A DNA stretch of 47,915 nucleotides, taken from the sequence record MW286156.1. One strand, written 5' to 3'. Positions 25,301 to 34,210 of the stretch are shown here, piece by piece. The translations under genes and the position numbers were made by a program. Every line of letters begins with the position of its first letter. Positions within the stretch are counted from its first letter, which is position 1. The notes under the pieces are model-generated. The model saw only the letters and a list, made by a program, of their open reading frames with translations. It searched no databases and was not told where the DNA came from. This DNA comes from Escherichia phage vB_EcoS-BECP10.

Positions 25301-25752
25301 AAATCTCCATTCTCTTCTTGCTTAACGAGCCGAGGCCAGAACAGTTTAACGCGGATTGCTGATAGCTGACTGTTGTTAACTGCGATGATGTAAGGTGTGT
25401 CGTTGTTAATTTCACGACTAACCTGAATCTCTGATGCCGCGCCATCTAGTCCTGCGATGTAATCTTGGGATTGAGTGCCGGCGCGAAACTCAGCTGTCAC
25501 ACCTTCATAGTTGAATGAGTTATCCTGGTTCTGTACTGGAACGTCAGCAAGGTAAACATCCTTAAGTGAGAAGCTAGAATCAACTTCGCCATCAGCTACA
25601 GCCAGTAGCACCTTAATCTTGTTAAGTGAAATCAGGTTATCTTCTTGCTCTACAGGCGTGTGCGGCTTCTTGCTACCACCCTTGCTTCCATAAATCTTTG
25701 GCAAATCGGCCATATCATATAACCTCGTTGTTTGTTTAACCATTTGTGCCAT
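22327..25752 (-). CDS. Central tail fibre / host specificity protein (lambda J-like, 1141 aa)
   Basis: Size, position after I/K/L/M, and conserved J-family blocks. Confidence 0.8.
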   Translation of the reverse strand: MAQMVKQTTRLYDMADLPKIYGSKGGSKKPHTPVEQEDNLISLNKIKVLLAVADGEVDSSFSLKDVYLADVPVQNQDNSFNYEGVTAEFRAGTQSQDYIAGLDGAASEIQVSREINNDTPYIIAVNNSQLSAIRVKLFWPRLVKQEENGDLNGTTCEYAIDLSVNGAAYTEYTRGVANGKTTTGYDRSIRVNLPAEFSSALVRIRKLTPDSTSSTLVNGMQITTYQEVIDAKFRYPLTALVYVEFSSDLFPNGIPTIAIKKKWKLIRVPTNYNPETRTYSGAWNGTFKMAWSDNPAWVLYDLVVSQRYGLDQRELGVEIDKWGLYEAAQFCDQMVPDGKGGMEPRYTCNVVIQQKVEAYQLIRDICSIFRGLTFYDGEQIGIVVDRPRQPSYVFTNDNVVDGLFNRTFSSDKSLYTTANVQFDDEQNNYQQDVEPVFDLEATRRFGYNPVDLTAIGCVRRSEANRRGRWLLKTNLRSETVTFTTGLEGMIPMIGDVIAVNDQAWSSNYTLNLSGRIVEATGLQVFVPFAIDADPGDRILINKPDGSPEYRTIASVSADKLTLELNTAFSFTPQPDTVFAIDKQNLALQQYVVTGIQKANTDGEDSFQYSITAVQYDPNKYDEIDYGVNIDDRPTSIVDPDRILPPENITVTSYSKVVQGLSVETMVIGYDKVQYAKTYNVQWRKNNGNWINVPETANTEVDIEGIYAGIYDVRVRAVTDQKSVSAWSDITTVSLTGKIGEPSALPVITASDDEVFGIRVKWGFPTDSADTAYTELQQVPDNGDGTYNPESASLLTLVPYPQYEYWHTTLPAGNVRWYRARIIDRIGNVSPWTDFVRGMASDDVSAIIGDIKVDIENSDGYKYLLQNAIDANTDIQNQAEAIIENALANDTDVRVMKRENGARKAEYRQAVSLIADETQARVDSLTQLKAQIDDEIVGQITTIETALATETEARATADTQLSARLGDNEAALNQKLDSYATVEGVGVQYGVKLGLKYNGVEYGAGMSMELTGSGGNVRSQFIFDANRFAISNGISSGSGQWSLPFVVENNQVFIQSAVIQDGSITNAKIGNRIQSNNYVAGSAGWAIDKSGFAELSNATVRGSLYANNGNFAFNGTNNTVVINNNGITVNLPNGGRVVVGVW

Positions 25753-25760
25753 TCTACACT

Positions 25761-25786
25761 AAATAAAAAACCCGCACTAGGCGGGT
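25761..25786 (-). terminator. Intrinsic terminator or attenuator between tail genes I and J
   Basis: Minus-strand hairpin CCCGCC-TAGT-GCGGG followed by TTTTTTATTT. Confidence 0.5.
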
Positions 25787-25793
25787 TGTGATT

Positions 25794-26369
25794 TTAACTA
25801 ATGTCCTCGGAATATGAGCCTGCCGAAAATACAGCTCCACCAACAGTCCTGTAACCATAAGGTAAGCAAACGGGGTTGCCTGCCGCAATTGTATTTACTG
25901 CTGAGCCGAATGCGTATGATGCTCGGTTGCTTGTTTGTGATGCCTGGTCATTCAATCCTGTAGCTTGTGGCGCCAATAACTGAGCCACTCCACCAGCAAG
26001 GAGGCCTACAGCCACTGGCAAAAGAACAGGAAAGAAGTATGATGCCACCAAAAGTACACCTCCAAGGATGGTCTGGAATAAGCCGCCAGATTTTCTACCT
26101 TGCGGGATTGGCATAATCCTAATTTCACGTACAGTCTCAAGGTCATTAATCTTGTGCTCGTTAACATTCTTACCGTCAACGAATACAGCAAACCTTGTGT
26201 TCTGGCCCACATGGCTACGCATGAATTCCTTAAATTCAGGGATGTTTACAGAGAGAGCTCGCATTGCCTCTGGAACTGTCTTAACGCACAGTTTATGTAG
26301 CTTTCCAAACTTCCTGCCTAAGCCTAATCCCAGCTTAACATCAATCACGTTCTGGGTCATAACCAGCAT
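25794..26369 (-). CDS. Tail assembly protein (lambda I-like, 191 aa)
   Basis: Position between K and J; C-terminal hydrophobic Gly-rich segment. Confidence 0.55.
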   Translation of the reverse strand: MLVMTQNVIDVKLGLGLGRKFGKLHKLCVKTVPEAMRALSVNIPEFKEFMRSHVGQNTRFAVFVDGKNVNEHKINDLETVREIRIMPIPQGRKSGGLFQTILGGVLLVASYFFPVLLPVAVGLLAGGVAQLLAPQATGLNDQASQTSNRASYAFGSAVNTIAAGNPVCLPYGYRTVGGAVFSAGSYSEDIS

Positions 26370-27087
26370 CCTCCGGTAAATCTTTATGCCTTACGATTCG
26401 TACAGTCCGCTCACGATAGTAATCGCCGTACAAATCAACCTTACTCATCTTACCATATAAATGGTGTAGGATTTTATTGTCACCAATGTATATGGCGGCG
26501 TGGTTGGTCTTCTCGCTCTGAATCTGCATCATAACCATTGAGCCAATTGGAATATCATTGCTTCTGACTAATTCGAACCCTTCTAACTCCCAATTATCAT
26601 CGTAGATATTGTCAGGGTATTCATTGGTCCACCACTGATAATCTACGCGATAATCGTTAAGCTTAACACCGTGTAGCTTGTGAAATTCCATAACCAAACC
26701 CCAGCAGTCGAAGCTGCCAAGACCCCATGGGCGACCAGCAAGCGGCATCTTTTCTGGCTGAATAATCCGTAAGTCCCCTTCAGGTATAGAAACAATAACA
26801 TAAGGCAGCTCGCACTCATTGCAGCTGCAAATATCAGCTGCGCTTGGCCTAGTAGTAGCGCCATCACCAGTATGTGAATGTACAACATAAACAACGCTTT
26901 CATTGTCCGAAATCTCCATTAATTCCATTGGGTCGAGAATGAATGATTGCTCTGGTGTTTTGGATACGTTGGTAATCCTGTGATACTTCTGCGCCATCCC
27001 CTTCTGAGTTACAACCCCGCAAGATTCTTGCGGGTAAACCTCGTTGGCGTGGCGAAATATTTCGATCTTAACTTTAGGCGTTAACAT
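26341..27087 (-). CDS. Tail tip assembly protein (lambda K-like) with JAB/MPN and NlpC/P60 domains
   Basis: JAMM motif HSHTGDGATTRPSAAD plus downstream Cys/His papain-like region. Confidence 0.8.
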   Translation of the reverse strand: MLTPKVKIEIFRHANEVYPQESCGVVTQKGMAQKYHRITNVSKTPEQSFILDPMELMEISDNESVVYVVHSHTGDGATTRPSAADICSCNECELPYVIVSIPEGDLRIIQPEKMPLAGRPWGLGSFDCWGLVMEFHKLHGVKLNDYRVDYQWWTNEYPDNIYDDNWELEGFELVRSNDIPIGSMVMMQIQSEKTNHAAIYIGDNKILHHLYGKMSKVDLYGDYYRERTVRIVRHKDLPEDAGYDPERD

Positions 27088-27096
27088 TACCTCTCC

Positions 27097-27861
27097 TTAG
27101 TTTTGGTTGGCTTTAGCTTGCAGGCTCGCAGCAGCGCAACCACCAAAGTCTAACTGATTATTTTCTCCGAACCTTAGCTTGCACGCACGAACCGTTCCGG
27201 CACAGAAGTCTTGCGATGGGTCAGTCACAGGCGCGTTGTCCTTATCGAAATATCGAGTACCCATGTAGTTACATCCATTACCTGAGCGGTATTGATTACG
27301 CTGCGCCCAATAGCAAACAGACTGAACAAGTCGCGCTGGAATGTAAATACCATCCATATCCATTGGGCTAGTTAGTTCAAATGAGGCTGTATTGTAATCA
27401 ACCTGCTTAGGTCTCTCGATGAAGTAAACTAGCTTACGGTAATCCCCATCAGCAATGGTGCCATCTTCGTTAATATTCTCTCGAAGAGTAATCCATATAG
27501 TTACTTTCGCTTGAACAAGGCCATTATAAGTACGGATAAGCGCAGATATATTCTGGTCTACGTTTGACACAACCAGCGTAACCTTGTTTGCCTTCCCGTC
27601 CGAAGTCATGTTAATACCCTGAATCCCGAAAGGCCTTGCGCCGTACTCTTCGCCACGGAAAGTAATTGTCTTTGCTGGTAGGGGCTGGCCAGTTGATTGC
27701 GCCATCATAATTTCTTCAGGTGTGTAGCTGATGTTCTCCCCATGGAAGCGATAAACTGGTGCGCCAAACTTTCCTCCGTCAACTTCAATAAGCGTAACAA
27801 CCTCACCAGGGAACAAGCTTTGTAATTGATTCTCAAACCTAGTGCTTAATGGCGTAGCCAT
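27097..27861 (-). CDS. Minor tail protein (lambda L-like)
   Basis: C-terminal Cys cluster (CYWA...GCNY...C...C) typical of L-like proteins; synteny. Confidence 0.7.
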   Translation of the reverse strand: MATPLSTRFENQLQSLFPGEVVTLIEVDGGKFGAPVYRFHGENISYTPEEIMMAQSTGQPLPAKTITFRGEEYGARPFGIQGINMTSDGKANKVTLVVSNVDQNISALIRTYNGLVQAKVTIWITLRENINEDGTIADGDYRKLVYFIERPKQVDYNTASFELTSPMDMDGIYIPARLVQSVCYWAQRNQYRSGNGCNYMGTRYFDKDNAPVTDPSQDFCAGTVRACKLRFGENNQLDFGGCAAASLQAKANQN

Positions 27862-27871
27862 AATGTTTCTC

Positions 27872-27897
27872 CAATAAAAAAGACCCCTTAGGGTCTT
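27872..27897 (-). terminator. Intrinsic terminator closing the moron cassette
   Basis: Minus-strand hairpin AAGACCC-TAAG-GGGTCTT followed by TTTTTTATT. Confidence 0.6.
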
Positions 27898-28120
27898 AGT
27901 TTACTTTAATGAATGTCACCAATCCACCACTAAAAGATTTACAGCAGAAAGTCAAAGGAGCAACTCCAACCTCGCTTAACTCATAGGAAAAACCTTCATC
28001 AGAAAGTTCATAATAACCATAATCATCATTGAAGTATGCCACATAAGTTTTACCAACATTTAAATCATAGACACCAACTTCAGCATTTGTGCAAAGCAAA
28101 TTAATTTTCATATCAATCAC
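27896..28120 (-). CDS. Moron-encoded hypothetical protein (74 aa) inserted between tail genes M and L
   Basis: ORF track; own IR promoter module upstream and own terminator downstream; RBS AAGAGGTG. Confidence 0.5.
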   Translation of the reverse strand: MIDMKINLLCTNAEVGVYDLNVGKTYVAYFNDDYGYYELSDEGFSYELSEVGVAPLTFCCKSFSGGLVTFIKVN

Positions 28121-28184
28121 CTCTTTTTTAAGTTTTTTAATTGTAAACCTTCCTTGGTATTTCTGTTTAGCAATTAGTGCTATT
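28121..28184 (-). promoter_or_regulatory. Promoter module 16 (minus) inside the tail operon: IR 28168-28182
   Basis: Minus-strand AAATAGCACTAATTGCTAAAC; no CATCGAAACGA leader. Confidence 0.5.
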
Positions 28185-28534
28185 TACTGCATAGATGTGA
28201 AAACCTCAGTAAATTGCATTGATACGGTCTGAACTTCCTTGGTATTTGGCGTGACGCTAATGCTATCTTGAGCTACAACAAACAGCTTAAGCTCACCCTG
28301 CGGAGTTGTCCATGCGAAAGGTGTAATGATGTGCGCGAAGCAGAATTCAAGAACATCTCTCCAGTCATTGTTGGTGTATGTCATGTTGTACGTTCGCTTG
28401 TTGGCCCTGTATCCTCCAGTACCTCTTTGCTCGTAGCCATTACCAAAGCTGACAACCCTAACGTTATTCGCGTTAGTAAAGTTTGCTGATCCACCTTGAA
28501 TTTGGGTACACCATGTAAAAGTATCTAATGCCAT
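28184..28534 (-). CDS. Minor tail protein (lambda M-like, 116 aa)
   Basis: Size and position between tape measure and L. Confidence 0.55.
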   Translation of the reverse strand: MALDTFTWCTQIQGGSANFTNANNVRVVSFGNGYEQRGTGGYRANKRTYNMTYTNNDWRDVLEFCFAHIITPFAWTTPQGELKLFVVAQDSISVTPNTKEVQTVSMQFTEVFTSMQ

Positions 28535-28565
28535 TTAAAATCCTTAGGGGCCGAAGCCCCATTTA

Positions 28566-31500
28566 TTAACTATAACCTCGCAAGAACTGGTAAGCCGTTC
28601 CGCCCTGCTGGAAGGACTGAGTAATCTCTTCCGCGATGATAACCCTGATACCAGATTCTAACTGTTTAGCGTCATTACCGCCACCACCGCCAAGACCTGT
28701 CTGAACGGTAACATTCACTCCACCAACATTAACGTTACTTCCACCAACAAGCCCGCCAGTCGCATAGCCAGGACCAGCACCAACCACTCCACCATTTGCG
28801 TATCCGCGCATTAACTTATAAAGGTTATCAACGCCAATCCTTGAGGTTGCCTCCTTCGTAAAGACGAATTCACCTTTATGCACCGTGCCAGCTGGCTCGT
28901 ACTTACCACCGTTTCCAGTATAACCGCCAGAAGCGAAACCAAATGCGCTACCAATAGAGCCAATTGCACCACCACTACCGCCAAAACTGGAGATGGTTGA
29001 TTCAATCGCCTTAATTAAAAGTAGCTGCGTTGCAATGCGTGCAATCTGCTTCAGAATCGATGCGGTAAACTCACGGAAGCTAGCTTCTCCAGTAGTTACC
29101 AGGTTTGTTATCTGGTCAGTCAATCCGTTAAAGGCACTCATGGCTAGCTCGGAACCAATCTGATTAAAGTTTGCCAATTCATCAGCCGTCTCAGCAAACG
29201 CAGATTTAACGCCAGCCAGCCAGTTACCACGTAATGCATCTTCCTGATTGTAGAAATTCTGACGAGCCTGAAGTAAAGCCTGGAAGTCAGTGTCATCTAC
29301 GGAGCCACCTTTAGAAATTTGCTGGGCTTCTAGCGCCGCCAACTCACGCCGCCTTTCCGCTTCGCGCTGAGATAATCCTGCTCCAACACTAATTGATGCC
29401 GCTTCAGCGTTAATCTGCCGAGTCTTCTTGATGTTGTCATCAAGAAGTTTATTGGCCCTTTCTTGCAGCACAATCTGGTCGCCAATCTCAGCCTTCTCGC
29501 GAGCAAGTCCTAAGATTTTATCCTGCTGCAACAGTAATGATCGCTGTTGCTTTGTAATGATTCCGTCTGCAAGCCTTTCATTAAGGATTGCAAACTTAGC
29601 TTCCTCCGCAAAAAGCTGCTTGCGTTCGTTACTGATAACATCACTAATCTGGCGGTGCTCCTGAAGAACCTTAAGCTGAGCCTGCAAAGCTAGAACGCCA
29701 GACTCATAACTTATAGTCAAATCCCTCTCTTCTTTTGCTCCAGATTTTGTCTTTTTACTTCTCTCCTCAATTGCTTTAATCTCATCGGCCAAAGCCTTTC
29801 TTCTTGATTCTGAATCTCTATCAGAAGTTCCAGTTTGACTTTCTGAACCCTCTCCAACACTCAAGTAACCAGTCTCGCCCTTGCGAACCCTTGCATCCCT
29901 ATCAGCGATAGATTTAGCTAGCCTTATGTTTTCCTTTTCTATTGCGTCATTATCCTTCCTTAGTTGTTCGGCTATTCCATTACCAACGCCAGATGCTCCT
30001 GGTATCTTTTGTAAAGCCTCTATCCCGCGTATTACGAAATCATTTATTAGCTTGTCGCCAGTGCCAATTATCAGTCTTATTTGCTCAATAGTCGCAGCTA
30101 TAACGTCAGTAAATAGGTTTAGAGCTCCTATAGTCCTGTCACCTATAGCATCCCATGTGTCTGAAACGAACTTACGGAAATCGCCCCAAGCCAATTCAAG
30201 AGGTGTAAGCGAGCCTTCAATCTGCTTTGTAACTGACTCATTTCTAGCTGCAAATATTTCTAAAGCTGCTGTTACTGCTGCTGTTTGCCCTTCCGTTTCT
30301 TTTAGGTTGTTAACTAGGGTCAGCTGCCCTTCGCTAAGAAAGTTAAATTGCTTATCTAACTCTATCAGCCCCTTAACTGGATCTTTTGCTATCTTATCAA
30401 AGTCAGATATTATTGATTCCGCAGACCTTGAACTAACAGCTGAAAGGTTAGCAACAGACTTAGCTATTAAGTTAATCTGACTAACAGTAAGCCTTCCGTT
30501 TGATACTAGCGACTGGTAAATGTCACCAATAGAACCTTTTGTTGCCCTTGATGTTTCATTTAGCTGATCAGCGTAATCCTTGATAGCGGCAACTGATAAA
30601 GTCGACGACCTTCCAGTTTCAATTATTGCGTTATTAAGTTGCCTAACCTCAATAAATGAGTCGTAAGCGGCTTTACCAAGAACAGCTAATGAAGCAACTA
30701 TCGCGCCACCAAATATAGTTGCAGCACGACCAAACCTTAAGATAGCATCATTACCAAGAGTCCTAACATCAGCAAATGAACTTCTCAGCTCGCCTATTGA
30801 TGATACATAATCTATAACTGCACCTTGCGCAGCTGATAATGTATTTGAAAATCCACCAAATGAATCTGTAATCTGCGGTATTTGCTGGGTAAGCACCATA
30901 AATAAAGGCATACCGTTAGCAATCGAGCTAGTGATATCATTGATCTGTACAGGAAGGAACCTTAAGGCCTGATTGTACTGACCTGCCGATATCCCAGCCG
31001 CCTGAAACGCCCTACTTTGATTGGCTATAGCGTTAGTATTGTTACTTGATGCCTGTGTTATTCTATCTATTATTGGTGCTGCCTGATCGCTAACTCCAAG
31101 CTGTGCCGCCCTTAACTTTAAGAACTCATCCCTACTTAATGTCGCTGCATCAGCCTGTGCTTGAAGCGACCTAATAAATGATTGTGCTTGCCTCTCAGCG
31201 GACTCTTTATTTTTTGCAGCTTCTATAGCCGCCCTACCCTCCTCAGTTAATGCTGACCTAGACCTTATTAACCTATTTGTTTGCGTTTCTAATGCTTCAC
31301 CAAGCCTGTAAAACTCAGCCTCTGGAACAACCCCTGCGGAGAAGGCTCTATCAAGAGAACTTGCTGCATCTTGAAGTTTTCGCAATTTCGAAGCTGTTGG
31401 ATCAATTGCCGACTGAAGCGACTGAAAAGCACTTCTCTGCTCAGAAAGATACCTTGCAGTGTCGCGAGCCTGATTCTTCGCAACCAGCTCAGCATTAACG

Positions 31501-31646
31501 AACTCGCTAACTCCAGCTGCCGCCTGTTCATTGGCACGTTTAAATTCTTGCAGGGACTTTGTGCCCTGGTCAACCTGGCGAACGTCAACGCCAAGTGTGA
31601 TACCTGCAAATTCTGCCATGTAACCTCCATAAAAAAACCTCCACAA
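28566..31646 (-). CDS. Tail tape measure protein (1026 aa)
   Basis: Long Ala/Gln/Leu-rich, helix-prone ORF with Gly-rich C-terminal region; downstream of G/GT chaperones. Confidence 0.8.
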   Translation of the reverse strand: MWRFFYGGYMAEFAGITLGVDVRQVDQGTKSLQEFKRANEQAAAGVSEFVNAELVAKNQARDTARYLSEQRSAFQSLQSAIDPTASKLRKLQDAASSLDRAFSAGVVPEAEFYRLGEALETQTNRLIRSRSALTEEGRAAIEAAKNKESAERQAQSFIRSLQAQADAATLSRDEFLKLRAAQLGVSDQAAPIIDRITQASSNNTNAIANQSRAFQAAGISAGQYNQALRFLPVQINDITSSIANGMPLFMVLTQQIPQITDSFGGFSNTLSAAQGAVIDYVSSIGELRSSFADVRTLGNDAILRFGRAATIFGGAIVASLAVLGKAAYDSFIEVRQLNNAIIETGRSSTLSVAAIKDYADQLNETSRATKGSIGDIYQSLVSNGRLTVSQINLIAKSVANLSAVSSRSAESIISDFDKIAKDPVKGLIELDKQFNFLSEGQLTLVNNLKETEGQTAAVTAALEIFAARNESVTKQIEGSLTPLELAWGDFRKFVSDTWDAIGDRTIGALNLFTDVIAATIEQIRLIIGTGDKLINDFVIRGIEALQKIPGASGVGNGIAEQLRKDNDAIEKENIRLAKSIADRDARVRKGETGYLSVGEGSESQTGTSDRDSESRRKALADEIKAIEERSKKTKSGAKEERDLTISYESGVLALQAQLKVLQEHRQISDVISNERKQLFAEEAKFAILNERLADGIITKQQRSLLLQQDKILGLAREKAEIGDQIVLQERANKLLDDNIKKTRQINAEAASISVGAGLSQREAERRRELAALEAQQISKGGSVDDTDFQALLQARQNFYNQEDALRGNWLAGVKSAFAETADELANFNQIGSELAMSAFNGLTDQITNLVTTGEASFREFTASILKQIARIATQLLLIKAIESTISSFGGSGGAIGSIGSAFGFASGGYTGNGGKYEPAGTVHKGEFVFTKEATSRIGVDNLYKLMRGYANGGVVGAGPGYATGGLVGGSNVNVGGVNVTVQTGLGGGGGNDAKQLESGIRVIIAEEITQSFQQGGTAYQFLRGYS

Positions 31647-31653
31647 AGGGAGG

Positions 31654-31973
31654 TTATTTTTGCCTTACTTGCATCATCTCAAGTGCTTTGCACTCTAGTA
31701 TTCGCAAGTCATTTAAAGTCATCTCTTTGTCCTTGACATTATACACATCAAAGAGGAAAGGGAGTACTGAATAATCCATTCCGGTAGCGCCGTTCATACC
31801 TACACGCCATTGAGTTGAGGTCGCCTGATAAATAGTCCATGCCAGCATCATGTCATCATCGAAGTGTAACTCCTCTGGATCCTCATCTTCGTAATCGGAA
31901 CGCCGCATTCCAATAGCTTCAAGTTCGGAGTCCGTTGGCTCTCTTTGGTATTGTAGGTATACAGCGCGCTTTA
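31654..31973 (-). CDS. Tail assembly chaperone T-domain, probably expressed as a G-T fusion by -1 frameshift
   Basis: The T frame stays open upstream of its first Met into the 3' end of the G gene in the -1 frame; possible slip site at CGC-AAA-G just before the G stop. Confidence 0.45.
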
Positions 31974-32285
31974 GACCTTTGCGCGCTGGCCAGCCAGAGC
32001 TTGCATGTAAGCATTAGTCAGTGCCAGAACGGATGAGGGGAACAGAGATACCAGCTCTTCGATGTTCTCGTCGTTAAATTCTTCTTCAAGGTTCCAGCCG
32101 CTGCAAATCTCTTTAACAAAGTCAAAATCCTTAAGGCCTTCGGTCTGGAATACTTCCTGAATCTCCTTAGCCTTACGGTGCTTGGCATTGAAGATAACCT
32201 CAGCTTCCTCGCCGTTGATCATCTGGAACTTAACCGGAAGCTTGAAATCAGGGAGCGCGCCTAATTTTAATTTGAATTTCGCCAT
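31971..32285 (-). CDS. Tail assembly chaperone (lambda G-like, 104 aa)
   Basis: Position between major tail protein and tape measure; acidic. Confidence 0.55.
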   Translation of the reverse strand: MAKFKLKLGALPDFKLPVKFQMINGEEAEVIFNAKHRKAKEIQEVFQTEGLKDFDFVKEICSGWNLEEEFNDENIEELVSLFPSSVLALTNAYMQALAGQRAKV

Positions 32286-32329
32286 TTAAATAATCCTCTC
32301 ATGTTTGTTTGAGTTGAAATTATAACATA

Positions 32330-32352
32330 AAAAAAGCCCCTGTGAAGGGGCC
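32330..32352 (-). terminator. Intrinsic terminator or attenuator after the major tail protein gene
   Basis: Minus-strand hairpin GGCCCC-TTCACA-GGGGCT followed by TTTTTTT. Confidence 0.55.
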
Positions 32353-32358
32353 TGATTG

Positions 32359-33009
32359 TTATGCAGCCAGGAAGCTATAGCGTCCACGCACCGTAATTGC
32401 TACGGATACAGTTTCGATCTCGTTAACGGAAACGTTTGGAGTTTCGTTAAACGCGATAGTGCCAGTCCAAAGTCGAACTTCGCCAGCTTTAGGAACGTAT
32501 GCACGAATCGCAATCAGCGCTCCAGACTCGTCGTAGTTACGGAGTACCGGGTAGATCGGGTTGGTGAACTCGTGAGCAAACGTATAGGTCGTGTTTACCG
32601 CTGACTTATATGTTGGAATCTGCTGCTCACGGTCATCAGCCAGGCACTGATAAGTAACGAACTGCTGCTCTCCGCCATCAGTTGAAACGTCTTGAACACA
32701 AGGCATTTCATACCAGGTAAGAACCTTGTAGATCGATGCCGTTCCGCCAGCTGGGAACTGAAGCGGGTCAGTAGTGTCAATGCCTTCAACGGTAATTGTT
32801 GTAGCCGTTGATGTAACTACTCGCAACTGTTTCTCTGAAAGTTTAGACCATGAAGATGACTCAACAACAATGAAGTCACCAGCTGCGAAAGTTGAAGCGT
32901 CATCTACCGTCATAACTGGCTGAGCTGCGTTAGTGATAGCCGTTACGGCTACCGATTCAGATTTAGAGCCTTGCAAAAAAATTTGTGTGCCATTGCTGAG
33001 ATGGGCCAT
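32359..33009 (-). CDS. Major tail protein (216 aa)
   Basis: Position upstream of G/GT; followed by terminator; Thr/Val-rich. Confidence 0.55.
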   Translation of the reverse strand: MAHLSNGTQIFLQGSKSESVAVTAITNAAQPVMTVDDASTFAAGDFIVVESSSWSKLSEKQLRVVTSTATTITVEGIDTTDPLQFPAGGTASIYKVLTWYEMPCVQDVSTDGGEQQFVTYQCLADDREQQIPTYKSAVNTTYTFAHEFTNPIYPVLRNYDESGALIAIRAYVPKAGEVRLWTGTIAFNETPNVSVNEIETVSVAITVRGRYSFLAA

Positions 33010-33023
33010 GTAAATCTCCTTAA

Positions 33024-33422
33024 TTAATCCATACGTACGTAGAATCGGACAGGAATGAACCAGCCGGATTGCGATTTCACTGGAGGAAATACGGATCCGC
33101 CTTCATAAATGTATCCGCTGTCAAGCATTGTACCATCGGCGAAAGCTTCTGACAATCGCCCAGCCAATTGGCGAGGTCTATCAGTCCCCTCACCTGGTGA
33201 AAAGAATATAGAGACCTGAACCATGCCTACGTAATACCTGCATGTTCGCTGCAATCCCCATGTCACACTATCAACCTCCGTGTAATCAAACTTCAACCAT
33301 AAACTTCCGTTTTTGGGTGGGGTGAATCCGCAGTTCTCATAAGCCACTGGAACTCCGCCGGCAATATCAACTGCCGCATCGCTAACCAGCTTTCTTGCTG
33401 AAACCATCATTTCATAGTGCAT
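33024..33422 (-). CDS. Putative tail terminator (U-like)
   Basis: Synteny immediately upstream of the major tail protein. Confidence 0.35.
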   Translation of the reverse strand: MHYEMMVSARKLVSDAAVDIAGGVPVAYENCGFTPPKNGSLWLKFDYTEVDSVTWGLQRTCRYYVGMVQVSIFFSPGEGTDRPRQLAGRLSEAFADGTMLDSGYIYEGGSVFPPVKSQSGWFIPVRFYVRMD

Positions 33423-33840
33423 TGGACTTTTTCCTTATAGCGTCATTAAAGTAAAAACCAAGCCTCTTAGTGACGATACCAAGTACCCCGTTTGGTGCCT
33501 GACCAGAATAACCGAACTCCAATGGTAACGCATACGTTAGCGCATTGGTGATATAGATTGTATGCGTAGCCTTATCTCTAGCTAGAGCGTGGATTTGCCT
33601 TCTTAGTGACTTAATTGTATCAGCCCCATCCTTGTCATAGTTGTTCAAACCAATCAGTGATGGCCTGTTTCCTGTAGCTTGCCAGTTACCTCTAAACCTT
33701 CCAGTATCAACAGGAGACAACTTAACGATATCCCTAGCTGCGTTATCAAGGGCATCATCAATAATCTCAGGAATCGCCTCCATTACTGAATCGGCCCAAT
33801 CATTAATCTTTAGCTTAAATAGCAGGTTATCATTAGCCAT
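33412..33840 (-). CDS. Putative tail completion / neck protein
   Basis: Synteny. Confidence 0.35.
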   Translation of the reverse strand: MANDNLLFKLKINDWADSVMEAIPEIIDDALDNAARDIVKLSPVDTGRFRGNWQATGNRPSLIGLNNYDKDGADTIKSLRRQIHALARDKATHTIYITNALTYALPLEFGYSGQAPNGVLGIVTKRLGFYFNDAIRKKSNAL

Positions 33841-34210
33841 AAGTTGCAGCCCTCCGTAGCACTGGCCTGTAGGCGATTACCGTACCGGTTGGCTTCACTG
33901 GTCGCGGGTCTATTACTGTGTATGCTTCCTGGTCAATGTAAATGCGGTCACCTTCCGATACAACTGAATCAGTAGTAAAAATTCCGCGACGGTCACCGAA
34001 TTTGATGATGTCACCGTCAATGTCTCGCGCCTTGAATTCACGTATAACACCTCGCACTGTATATGAAGTGCCAGGCGTGCGCACTTCGTAGCCATTCACG
34101 ATAGAGATGGTTGGCTGTGTCGTGGCTTCGAAAACGCCATCACCATCTGACAGGAGATTAATACCAGCCTTAATTTGCTGCTGCAAAAATGCATGATTCA
34201 TCGGCAGCAC
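33833..34210 (-). CDS. Putative head closure / head-tail joining protein
   Basis: Synteny. Confidence 0.35.
   Translation of the reverse strand: MLPMNHAFLQQQIKAGINLLSDGDGVFEATTQPTISIVNGYEVRTPGTSYTVRGVIREFKARDIDGDIIKFGDRRGIFTTDSVVSEGDRIYIDQEAYTVIDPRPVKPTGTVIAYRPVLRRAATYG

Noticed and set aside
29881-30480. 199-aa plus-strand ORF inside the tape measure gene
   Set aside because: Antisense to a long, well-supported minus-strand gene; Ser/Leu/Ile/Cys-rich low-complexity translation typical of the reverse strand of an Ala/Gln/Leu-rich gene; no RBS
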